Below are positions 27,967-36,406 of a DNA stretch of 64,000 bases, in pieces; the first letter of the stretch is position 1, and every line of letters begins with the position of its first letter. The DNA comes from Flavobacteriia bacterium (GTDB lineage Bacteria; Bacteroidota; Bacteroidia; Flavobacteriales_D; Crocinitomicaceae). Made by a program: the position numbers and the translations under genes. Where the stretch lies: assembly GCA_947464135.1 (NCBI GenBank), contig CANHVK010000003.1, forward strand, positions 1,223 to 65,222, in the 5' to 3' direction. The notes beneath the pieces are model-generated. The model was not told where the DNA came from. It made no database searches and worked only from the letters and a program-made list of their open reading frames with translations.

Positions 27967-29092
27967 AATCCATCAAAAACTCTTCTACATTTTCAGGTGT
28001 GATAATATACGTTTCAGCATTTGAATAAGCATCCATAAACGTTTTTGGAATTTTATGTTTTTTGGTGCTATTCCATTTAAATTCAAAGGCTTTTAATACA
28101 TTATCTTGTTCTTCTAAATAATCAACTTCTTGTTGTTGTGTTGTACGCCAAAAATATCTAAAACCGTAAAAATCATTTTTTTGTAAGTATTTTAAACGTT
28201 CACTAATAACATAATTTTCCCATAATGCCCCAACATCTGAACGTAGTTCAACAGGAGAAAAATTACCAATGATTGCATTGCGAATACCATTGTCATAAAA
28301 ATATATTTTACGGCTCTTTTTTAACTCATTTCGGACATTTCTACTAAAAGCAGTTAAACGATACACTACATAGGTTTTTTCCAGCAAATCTATATAGCGT
28401 TCTACAGTTTCCTTATCCGCTCCAATCGTTTTCGCTAATTCATTATACGATACTTCATTTCCAACTTGTAAAGCCAAAGCCTTTAGCAAAGATTGTAATA
28501 CATCAGGTTTTTTTAATTTATTATGTGATAATACATCTTTATACAAATAACTATCTGATAAAATGGATAATATCTTCTTTTCATTACCAGGATTATTCAC
28601 CACTTCGGGATAATACCCAAAAACCAAACGTTCATTGAGTAATCGTTTCTCCGTTAACAATCCGTGTTTATTGACCATCTCTTCAAACGAAAAAGGCAAA
28701 AGCAAATGTTCCCATTTACGACCAGTCAAAGGTTCATTAATTTCTTCGGCTAACTCAAATGCAGATGAACCAGTAGCGATAATTTGCACATCCTTTAATT
28801 TATCTACTCCTATTTTTAAGGTCAACCCAATATTTTCAATACGCTGTGCTTCATCTATAATCACCAACTTTGCATCACGAAAAAGTCGTTTTAATTTCAA
28901 CTCATTCATATCCTTAAACAATACTCTAACGTCAGCATCATCCCCATTAAAAACAATGTAAGGAATAGTTGATTTTTCAAGTAATAATTCAGTTAAAGTT
29001 GATTTACCAACTTGCCTTGGTCCTAAAATCAAAATAGACTTACCTGTAAATAATTCTTTTTCAATTTTATGTAGAATATTTCGTGTAATCAT
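27965..29092 (-). CDS. COG1373-type AAA+ ATPase (AAA_14 + DUF4143)
   Basis: Walker A GPRQVGKST, Walker B LVIIDEAQ, C-terminal DUF4143-like region. 375 aa. Confidence 0.8.
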   Translation of the reverse strand: MITRNILHKIEKELFTGKSILILGPRQVGKSTLTELLLEKSTIPYIVFNGDDADVRVLFKDMNELKLKRLFRDAKLVIIDEAQRIENIGLTLKIGVDKLKDVQIIATGSSAFELAEEINEPLTGRKWEHLLLPFSFEEMVNKHGLLTEKRLLNERLVFGYYPEVVNNPGNEKKILSILSDSYLYKDVLSHNKLKKPDVLQSLLKALALQVGNEVSYNELAKTIGADKETVERYIDLLEKTYVVYRLTAFSRNVRNELKKSRKIYFYDNGIRNAIIGNFSPVELRSDVGALWENYVISERLKYLQKNDFYGFRYFWRTTQQQEVDYLEEQDNVLKAFEFKWNSTKKHKIPKTFMDAYSNAETYIITPENVEEFLMD

Positions 29093-29109
29093 TTTGTTTT
29101 TATTTTAAT

Positions 29110-29117
29110 CAAAAGTA
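29110..29117 (-). promoter_or_regulatory. candidate -7 box TACTTTTG for the AAA+ ATPase gene
   Basis: Plus strand CAAAAGTA, 18 nt from ATG 29092. Confidence 0.5.
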
Positions 29118-29200
29118 TAATAATTTTCGTATGTAAACGAAAAAAAACATAATATTTCTCGTATGCAAACGAAAAATATTATAATAATTTTCGTTTTACA
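29117..29200. repeat. 2.6 copies of a 32-bp tandem repeat, each carrying TTTCGT-N6-ACGAAA
   Basis: ATAATAATTTTCGTATGTAAACGAAAAA (29117), ATAATATTTCTCGTATGCAAACGAAAAA (29149) and ATAATAATTTTCGTTTTACA (29181). The period is exactly 32 bp. Confidence 0.85.
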
Positions 29201-29204
29201 ATAG

Positions 29205-29414
29205 TCCTCCCCCCTGCCATTCTCTAGGAGGGCAGACGATAATACTCAATAATTCAACAACTTAAAATTACGAAAATCTGTTTCCTACCTTGAGAAGAGA
29301 AAGTATACTTTCGAAGAGCAAACGATAGTGCAGGGAAATTAAGGTGGGTGATAAAAGGGGATGACAATATAAATTTGGTCACCTCCCCTGCCCCTCCTCT
29401 AGGAGGGAAGACGA
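29205..29414. repeat. cluster of four GC-rich palindromic element arms
   Basis: 29205-29239 TCCTCCCCCCTGCCATTCTCTAGGAGGGCAGACGA. 29281-29303 is degenerate. 29331-29367 GCAGGGAAATTAAGGTGGGTGATAAAAGGGGATGACA. 29379-29414 TCACCTCCCCTGCCCCTCCTCTAGGAGGGAAGACGA. Confidence 0.8.
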
Positions 29415-29507
29415 ATGGGTCAAAATTATTTTTAAAAATTTTTCCCCCACTCTATCCCCAATATTTCATTTTTAATTAACTTAAATAAAAAAACAAACAT
29501 CGATCCT

Positions 29508-31238
29508 ATGGCTAAAATTTGGAAATTCATTCCGCAACCCAATCAAAACGAAATCGAAACCTTACAAAACGAGTTAAACATACCCCTACACTTTGCTAAA
29601 ATTCTAACCCAACGAGGCATTCAATCTTTCGACGAAGCAAAATCTTTTTTCAGACCAATTTGGGAAGAAACACACGATCCCTTTTTAATGAAAAATATGG
29701 GATTGGCCGTAGAACGATTAAACCAAGCCATTAAAAGAAATGAAAAAATTCTCCTTTTTGGAGATTACGATGTAGATGGAACCACAGCCGTAGCCGTGAT
29801 GTGGAACGTGTTAATTGATTATCACGGAAGATTAGACTATTACATACCTGATCGATATGCTGAAGGTTATGGAATTAGTTTTCAAGGAATTGATTTTGCA
29901 AAAGAAACAGGAGTTACGCTTATCATTGCGTTAGATTGTGGTATTCGTGCCGTAGATAAAGTAAATTATGCCAAAGAATTAGGAATTGATTTTATCATTT
30001 GTGATCACCACCAACCAGGAGATGAAATTCCTGATACCATTGTTTTAGACCCAATGCAAATAGATTGCCCCTATCCCTTTAAAGGACTTTCGGGATGTGG
30101 TGTTGGTTTTAAATTACTACAAGGTTTATTTAAAACAAACGATTGGGGAACAGATATTTTACTGCAACAATTAGATTTATTAGCCATTAGTATAGGTGCT
30201 GATATTGTTCCTGTTACAGATGAAAATCGCATCTTCTGCTATTATGGATTAAAAGTATTAAACCTAGCACCTCGTGTAGGAATTCAAGCCTTGGTAAAAA
30301 TTGCCAAACGTGAATTTCCGCTTTTATTGACCGATGTCGTATTTGTCATTGCGCCACGTATCAACGCAGCAGGAAGAATTCAATCTGGAATAAAATCAGT
30401 AGAATTAATGATTTCAAATGATGCAGATGCTGTGCAAACAATTGCCAAAAGCATTGATACAGATAATGAAGAACGCAAAGAATTGGATGCTCAAATTACG
30501 TTCGAAGCCCTACAACAAATCGAAGAAGACGTTCATTTTTCTACTAAAAATACAACCGTTGTTTTTCACCCAGAATGGCACAAAGGGGTAATTGGAATTG
30601 TAGCATCGCGATTGATTGAAACACATTATCGTCCAACAATTGTATTAACAGAATCAAATGGAAAAGTTACTGGTTCAGCGCGCAGTATCAAAGGAGTAGA
30701 CATTCATCAGGCGCTAACAATGTGTGAAGAAATTCTAGAGCAATTCGGGGGACATACATTTGCAGCAGGTATGACTTTGTTACCAGAAAACGTCCAAGAT
30801 TTTAAAGAACGTTTTGAGTTGGCTATAACCCATTTATTAGAAAATCCTTCCCCAGAAGAAGAGATTTTTATTGATACAGAAATCAACTTTGAAGAAATAT
30901 TTCAATCCAACGAAAGCACCAAAGAATTTCCAAAATTAGGTCGATTGTTATCGCAAATGGAACCCTATGGGCCTGGTAATATGAAACCTATCTTTTTATC
31001 AAAAAACTGCATCGTCTGTGATGCTACCCTACTGAAAGGAGAACATTTAAAAATATTGGTCAAACAAGCGAACTCGGATATTCAACTCCCTGCAATCGGT
31101 TTTAGAATGCCCGAATTGTACGATTTAGTTACGTCGGGTTGTGCCATTGATTTGGTTTATACCATCGAATCCAACACGTGGAACAACAAAACGACCTTAC
31201 AATTAATGATTAAGGATATTAAAAAGGGTGGGGTTTAA
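29508..31238 (+). CDS. recJ: single-stranded-DNA-specific exonuclease RecJ
   Basis: DHH motifs FGDYDVDGTT and ICDHHQP, DHHA1 region GGHTFAAG. 576 aa. Confidence 0.95.
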   Translation: MAKIWKFIPQPNQNEIETLQNELNIPLHFAKILTQRGIQSFDEAKSFFRPIWEETHDPFLMKNMGLAVERLNQAIKRNEKILLFGDYDVDGTTAVAVMWNVLIDYHGRLDYYIPDRYAEGYGISFQGIDFAKETGVTLIIALDCGIRAVDKVNYAKELGIDFIICDHHQPGDEIPDTIVLDPMQIDCPYPFKGLSGCGVGFKLLQGLFKTNDWGTDILLQQLDLLAISIGADIVPVTDENRIFCYYGLKVLNLAPRVGIQALVKIAKREFPLLLTDVVFVIAPRINAAGRIQSGIKSVELMISNDADAVQTIAKSIDTDNEERKELDAQITFEALQQIEEDVHFSTKNTTVVFHPEWHKGVIGIVASRLIETHYRPTIVLTESNGKVTGSARSIKGVDIHQALTMCEEILEQFGGHTFAAGMTLLPENVQDFKERFELAITHLLENPSPEEEIFIDTEINFEEIFQSNESTKEFPKLGRLLSQMEPYGPGNMKPIFLSKNCIVCDATLLKGEHLKILVKQANSDIQLPAIGFRMPELYDLVTSGCAIDLVYTIESNTWNNKTTLQLMIKDIKKGGV

Positions 31239-32170
31239 ATCAAACGAGTTAATCTTTGATTAATTAATTCTTTATAATTTGTCTTAGTATTATCAGAAAG
31301 AAAAGAGTTATCTATTAATTCAAAAATTGCCGTTTTTTTGGTTTCAAAACGCTTAAAAACGCCTTTTATTTGCTTGATATTTAATCCTAAATCTAACCCA
31401 AAACTTTCAAAATGTTCACGCTTAAATTTCTTCTTTTTACCTTGAAGAGTTAAAGCCAATTCTTCTTCATCTTCAGGTAAAATAATTGCTACATTCAACA
31501 AATCATAAGCAGGTGCTAATGTCCAACCCCTTGCACTTTCTATCATTGAGAAATTTTTTAAATGCATATCATTATTTCCTGTTAAAAAAGAAAATAAAGT
31601 AATTTCAAAAAGAAATAGAACATCTAAAAGGGTATTTTCAGAATAGGAATGAAGTGCTTTTCCTATTTTTTCCATCGAACCTTTGTATTTATCAAAAGCC
31701 TCCGTTATCTGAAACATATCCAACATATGAATTTTTGAATTGTCAATTCTATCAATTCGCTTTGTAATATATGCTAATTCACCTGATTTCAAACGTATAA
31801 GGGAAGATGGTACACAATTAATACCAACCAATTCCGCAAATTTCATTGTTAAATGCTCATTTTCTGGCATTTCAGGAAAACGAGCAGTTGGGGGTTTAAA
31901 AATATAATGACCACCAAGTGCTCCAACAACAGTTAAACGATCTGTTGATTTATCTTTAACACCAGGAACCAAAGACATTGATAATTTTGCTTGAACACCT
32001 GGAACAGACACACTTCGATCAACAACATCTTTTGCTAATCTTTCCATTTCATCCAAGGAATAATCTACAACTGGAACTACCGATTTATTAAAAAATTTAG
32101 ACACACATTTTTCGTGATAATCCGTTTCATTTTCAACGATAGAATAGCAATATAAACATTTAGTTTTCAT
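31235..32170 (-). CDS. HipA C-terminal kinase domain protein with N-terminal Cys/His zinc-ribbon-like motif (HipT-like)
   Basis: CLYCYSIVENETDYHEKC. P-loop-like SVPGVQAKLS. Catalytic NNDMHLKNFS. It lacks the HipA N-terminal coupling domain, which the preceding gene encodes. Confidence 0.85.
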   Translation of the reverse strand: MKTKCLYCYSIVENETDYHEKCVSKFFNKSVVPVVDYSLDEMERLAKDVVDRSVSVPGVQAKLSMSLVPGVKDKSTDRLTVVGALGGHYIFKPPTARFPEMPENEHLTMKFAELVGINCVPSSLIRLKSGELAYITKRIDRIDNSKIHMLDMFQITEAFDKYKGSMEKIGKALHSYSENTLLDVLFLFEITLFSFLTGNNDMHLKNFSMIESARGWTLAPAYDLLNVAIILPEDEEELALTLQGKKKKFKREHFESFGLDLGLNIKQIKGVFKRFETKKTAIFELIDNSFLSDNTKTNYKELINQRLTRLI

Positions 32171-32498
32171 CTTCTTCTGTCAAAATAGGTTCAACACTTA
32201 CTGCTCCAATACAATTTTGACAACAAGCCAATAATAATCCCATTCGATCATTGATATTGATTTTCCAACTTTTAGATGCAATGTCTAACAACCATCCTTC
32301 AGGAATAAGTCCTTCAAAAAATGGAAATAATCGATTATCTGTAAACGGTTTTTCTCTCACAGGCATTGTAAAAGTTAGAAACTTAGCTGGATAATTTTGA
32401 ATGTATTTTTCGTCGTATTGAAAAACATACATTCCATCCTCTGTTTCAGTGATAATCCCAGCAAAAATAGTGTTATATAATACCTTACCCTTTCTCAT
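32160..32498 (-). CDS. HipA N-terminal (Couple_hipA) domain-only protein (HipS-like)
   Basis: 112 aa. LFPFFEGLIPEGW motif typical of the HipA N-terminal domain. Overlaps the kinase gene by 11 nt and the HTH gene by 14 nt. Confidence 0.8.
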   Translation of the reverse strand: MRKGKVLYNTIFAGIITETEDGMYVFQYDEKYIQNYPAKFLTFTMPVREKPFTDNRLFPFFEGLIPEGWLLDIASKSWKININDRMGLLLACCQNCIGAVSVEPILTEEDEN

Positions 32499-32691
32499 TG
32501 CTTCTCTTTGGTACTAATTCGTGTCCAAACATTTTCAATACCAAATTTACCTTGTCAAGATTTAAATTAGTTTTACCCTGTTCTATTTTACGCACAACAG
32601 TTAGCGCAACACCAGCACGTTCAGCAAATTCTTCCTGAGTTAGATTTACTTCTTTTCTTCGTTCTTTGACAAAATCTGAAAGGACACTCAT
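32485..32691 (-). CDS. XRE-family HTH protein (HipB-like), first gene of the tripartite operon
   Basis: RRKEVNLTQEEFAERAGVALTVVRKIEQGK. ATG at 32691 preferred over the track TTG at 32700. Confidence 0.85.
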   Translation of the reverse strand: MSVLSDFVKERRKEVNLTQEEFAERAGVALTVVRKIEQGKTNLNLDKVNLVLKMFGHELVPKRSNEKG

Positions 32692-32790
32692 TATATGCAA
32701 TTAAATATAATTTTAAGTAAAAATACAAAATTATATGTAATTAGATATAATTTAGAATAAAAGATTGATTTTATATGCTAAAGCATATAA
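32691..32790. promoter_or_regulatory. three 20-bp TTATAT-N8-ATATAA inverted repeats at 40-bp spacing (candidate operators)
   Basis: TTATATGCAATTAAATATAA (32691), TTATATGTAATTAGATATAA (32731) and TTATATGCTAAAGCATATAA (32771). Confidence 0.6.
32726..32733 (-). promoter_or_regulatory. candidate -7 box TAATTTTG for the tripartite hip operon
   Basis: Plus strand CAAAATTA, 35 nt from ATG 32691. It overlaps the middle operator. Confidence 0.4.
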
Positions 32791-32796
32791 TCAATA

Positions 32797-33216
32797 TCAC
32801 TTTCGAATAACTAAATCAAATGATTTTGAGAATTTATCAGAAGAAAGAAATAGAAAAGGAACCAATCCTAAAAAACCATAAGTGGAAACAGATTTGAAAT
32901 CTATCGTATATAAATTAACGAGCAAAGCAACCACTGAAAAACCAATGTAAAAAGCCAAAATTGACTTGTAATTCATTTGTGGTTTTAGAGTGATAAAATT
33001 CAATTTATCTTCTGAAACTTTGAAATAAATAGTTTTAGAATATTTATTATCAGACACTTCAATTATATATGAGCCAGGTGACAAAGAATGAGAAAGTTTA
33101 ATGTTAGTCTTATTGATTTCTCCAATTGAAACACCATTGATTTTAATATCGTATTTCTTTGACTTAAAAAAAGTTTTACCGTTGTGATTTAATGAAATGA
33201 GTAAATTGTCTTGCAT
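32797..33216 (-). CDS. hypothetical membrane protein (soluble N-domain plus two TM helices)
   Basis: ORF with two clear C-terminal hydrophobic segments, located 26 nt downstream of the LytTR regulator gene. Confidence 0.5.
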   Translation of the reverse strand: MQDNLLISLNHNGKTFFKSKKYDIKINGVSIGEINKTNIKLSHSLSPGSYIIEVSDNKYSKTIYFKVSEDKLNFITLKPQMNYKSILAFYIGFSVVALLVNLYTIDFKSVSTYGFLGLVPFLFLSSDKFSKSFDLVIRK

Positions 33217-33242
33217 TTAATGGTTATTTCTTTCAAAGATAC

Positions 33243-33932
33243 TCATTTATTTAGCCGTTGATAAAACAAGTCTTTATACGTTTCTGAAACTGGTAATAAT
33301 TCTCCCTTAATAGAAACACGTTCTCGTTCAATTGCTTCGATGTGATTAAGATTGACCATATACGATTTATGAATACGAACAATAGCACTATTTTCAAGGT
33401 CTTTCTCTAATTCCTTAAATGTTTGTAAAGTCATAATTCGTTTCTTATCAGTATGAATACGGCGATAATCTCCCATTCCCTCAATGAAAAGAATGGAATT
33501 CAGAGATACTTTTTCCAATCGATATTCCGTTTTCACAAACAATGAAGTTGGTGCTACGTTGTGAATAAGCGAAGTAAGTGATTGTTGCACACGCTCCATC
33601 GCCATATAAAAGCGGTCAAAAGGAAACGGTTTTAGCAAATAATCCGTAATGTTTAATTCAAATCCTTTGATAGCAAATTCAGGATAAGCGGTTGTAAAAA
33701 CGATAGCGCACTCTTTTGATAATTGTTCCGCTAACTGAATACCAGAAACTTCACCCGTATTAATATCCAAAAGCAATAAGTCAACCGTGTGTTGTTTCAA
33801 ATACAAAAGCGCATCTATTCCATTGTCAAATTGTGCTTGTAAGGATAAAAAAGGAACTTTAGCGACGTACGATTGCATACGTTCCATTGCTAAAGGTTCA
33901 TCCTCTACTATTATGCAACTAATTTGCCTCAT
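33243..33932 (-). CDS. LytR/AlgR-family response regulator (REC + LytTR)
   Basis: Receiver domain IIVEDEPLA...LLLDINTGE plus a C-terminal LytTR DNA-binding domain (IHKSYMVNLNHI). Confidence 0.9.
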   Translation of the reverse strand: MRQISCIIVEDEPLAMERMQSYVAKVPFLSLQAQFDNGIDALLYLKQHTVDLLLLDINTGEVSGIQLAEQLSKECAIVFTTAYPEFAIKGFELNITDYLLKPFPFDRFYMAMERVQQSLTSLIHNVAPTSLFVKTEYRLEKVSLNSILFIEGMGDYRRIHTDKKRIMTLQTFKELEKDLENSAIVRIHKSYMVNLNHIEAIERERVSIKGELLPVSETYKDLFYQRLNK

Positions 33933-34992
33933 AAGGAATAGTTAAATCCACACAAAAATATTCATTTTCTTCCTGAATATTAAGTGTATATGTTTCTTTA
34001 TAGATTAAATCTAATCGTTTTTTCAATAATTGATTTCCTAATCCATTCGAAGAAATTAAATCTCCAGATTCAGTAGCAATACGATTTTTACATATAAAAC
34101 GTAATGTATGCTGTTCTTCTATAAATTCAATTTGAATTGCATTTCCTGTTTTAAACGATGAAGCATACTTAAAGGCATTTTCAATAAAAGGGATAAACAC
34201 CAATGAAGCAATAAATCCGTCTGTATTCGCTACCTTATTTTGAATAGTTACATAATCTGAATTTGAAGCACGTAACTGATGCAACGAAACATATTTTTCA
34301 ATAAAATGTAATTCAGTTTCAAATCGAACTTTTTCTGATTTAGACTCAAATAACATATAGCGCATAATATCAGACAATCGGTTCAAAAAATCAGATGCTT
34401 TCTCTTGGTCTTTGTGAATTAACACATCAATGTTATTCAGTGAATTAAATAAAAAATGTGGATTTAATTGTGATTTCACCAACTCCATTTCAATTTGATG
34501 ATTTTGCTCTGTTAATGCCTCTTTTTCTTTGTTTATTATAAACCAATCAAAAAATAATCGCATAAAAAGACCTAAAATACCATGCAATAAACTTAATAAT
34601 GCACTAAAAATCAAAATAGTGAAGAAGATTTCAAATTTGATTTCAATACTTGGATTTACATATGATCCATAATATTTTAATATTGCAAGATTGATCGTAG
34701 AGGTTAATATACCTATTGAAATGCAGTAGAATAAACCTTTTATTATGATTTTAAAGTAATGAATTTTAGTATTTATGGCTTTAAAAATAAAAAAATAAAA
34801 GCTATAAAAACCCAACATTGAAGAACTTACATTAATAAACCAAAATTCAGTTTTTAAAAACCTTATCGTATCTCCTGAAGGATTCGATGGGTTTGAAATG
34901 TTTGAAAGAAGTAAAGAAAATAGAATAATTGTAATGAAAAAATAGATAAACCAATAGCTAAATCGGATTCCAAATTTTAATAATCGTTTCAT
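33919..34992 (-). CDS. LytS-type sensor histidine kinase (His_kinase PF06580-like)
   Basis: Five N-terminal TM segments and the QLNPHFLFNSLNNI H-box. Overlaps the regulator gene by 14 nt. Confidence 0.85.
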   Translation of the reverse strand: MKRLLKFGIRFSYWFIYFFITIILFSLLLSNISNPSNPSGDTIRFLKTEFWFINVSSSMLGFYSFYFFIFKAINTKIHYFKIIIKGLFYCISIGILTSTINLAILKYYGSYVNPSIEIKFEIFFTILIFSALLSLLHGILGLFMRLFFDWFIINKEKEALTEQNHQIEMELVKSQLNPHFLFNSLNNIDVLIHKDQEKASDFLNRLSDIMRYMLFESKSEKVRFETELHFIEKYVSLHQLRASNSDYVTIQNKVANTDGFIASLVFIPFIENAFKYASSFKTGNAIQIEFIEEQHTLRFICKNRIATESGDLISSNGLGNQLLKKRLDLIYKETYTLNIQEENEYFCVDLTIPYEAN

Positions 34993-35042
34993 AATAAATA
35001 GTTTTAAAGTTTATATGGTAAAACTCTATAAACTATTGCAAA

Positions 35043-35075
35043 GTAAAAACTTAAATAGGTAACCAACACCTATTT
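35043..35075 (-). terminator. candidate terminator after hutI
   Basis: On the minus strand: AAATAGG-TGTTGGTTA-CCTATTT followed by AAGTTTTTAC. Confidence 0.45.
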
Positions 35076-35125
35076 GTCTGTGAAATGGCATTTTTTATCT
35101 GTGAAAATAAATAGGATTGTAAAAT

Positions 35126-36361
35126 CTATCCGACTATCACTCTCTCAAAATGATTTTCACCAAATGCATACGGAATGTAAGCCAACGATGGAATTTCATT
35201 GGTAATAATTACCGCTCCACGTTTACCAATGGTAATACTTCCGTGTGTTTCGTGAATTCCCATTGCATACGCAGCATTTAAGGTCAACGCATTAATCGCC
35301 TCTTCCGGTGTCATTTTCATTTTAATACACGCCAACGAAAATACCACTTGAAGATTTCCTGTAGGTGTTGTTCCTGGATTATAGTCACTTGCAAGTGCCA
35401 CAGGAATACCTGCTTCCATTAATTTGCGTGCATTACCAAACGGTATATTGATAAAATGTGAGCAACTTGGCAACAACGTAGGCATACATTCTGAATGCTT
35501 AATTGCATCGATATCTTCATCGGAAAGTTCTTCTAAATGATCCACAGAAAGAGCACCTAATTCAATCGCTTTAGCAATTCCTCCCATCACAGAAAACTGG
35601 TTTACGTGCACCTTTGGGGTTAAACCATATTTTTTTCCTGCGGTTAGAATTTCTTCCATTTCTTCGACAGAAAAATAATTTCTTTCACAGAAAATATCAA
35701 TGTAATCTGCTAAATTTTCCTCTGCAATTTTTGGAAGCATATCATTGATAATTAAATCAATATATCCTCGATGATTTTCTTTGTATTCTTTCGGAAAAGC
35801 GTGTGCTCCTAAAAACGTTGCTTTTACTTCAATCGGTAAGTTTTCTTTTAATCGTTTAATAACACGAAGCATTTTTAACTCTGCATCAACGGTTAACCCA
35901 TAGCCTGATTTAATTTCAATCGCACCCGTTCCTGTAACAATCACTTTTTGAACACGTTGATATGCTTCTTCGTATAATTCGTCTTCTGATTTTTCAGCTA
36001 ATCTTCGCGCAGAATTTAAAATACCACCTCCTTTCAATGCAATTTCTTCGTAAGTAAGTCCTTTGATACGATCCACAAACTCTTCTTCTCTACTCTTCGC
36101 AAATACGATGTGCGTATGTGAATCACAGAAAGCAGGTAAAACATATTTCCCTTCAGCATCTATCACTTCCACCCCTCTCCAATCGGTAATTCCTTCCCAT
36201 TCATTCATTGCACCATAGGCAACAATGATACCGTCTTCAATTGCCAAATATGCGTTTTCCAAAATAGGCAAATGTTGCATTTCAGTACCGATACGAGCAA
36301 TGGGCATATCTTCGCCATATTGCACTAAACCTTTGATATTTTTAATCAATATTTTAGACAT
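35126..36361 (-). CDS. hutI: imidazolonepropionase
   Basis: Amidohydrolase DSHTH motif. Length and overall sequence are typical of HutI. Confidence 0.9.
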   Translation of the reverse strand: MSKILIKNIKGLVQYGEDMPIARIGTEMQHLPILENAYLAIEDGIIVAYGAMNEWEGITDWRGVEVIDAEGKYVLPAFCDSHTHIVFAKSREEEFVDRIKGLTYEEIALKGGGILNSARRLAEKSEDELYEEAYQRVQKVIVTGTGAIEIKSGYGLTVDAELKMLRVIKRLKENLPIEVKATFLGAHAFPKEYKENHRGYIDLIINDMLPKIAEENLADYIDIFCERNYFSVEEMEEILTAGKKYGLTPKVHVNQFSVMGGIAKAIELGALSVDHLEELSDEDIDAIKHSECMPTLLPSCSHFINIPFGNARKLMEAGIPVALASDYNPGTTPTGNLQVVFSLACIKMKMTPEEAINALTLNAAYAMGIHETHGSITIGKRGAVIITNEIPSLAYIPYAFGENHFERVIVG

Positions 36362-36406
36362 AGAATGAGAATTTTTACAAAGAAAAAAATTATTGAGAAA
36401 TTACTA

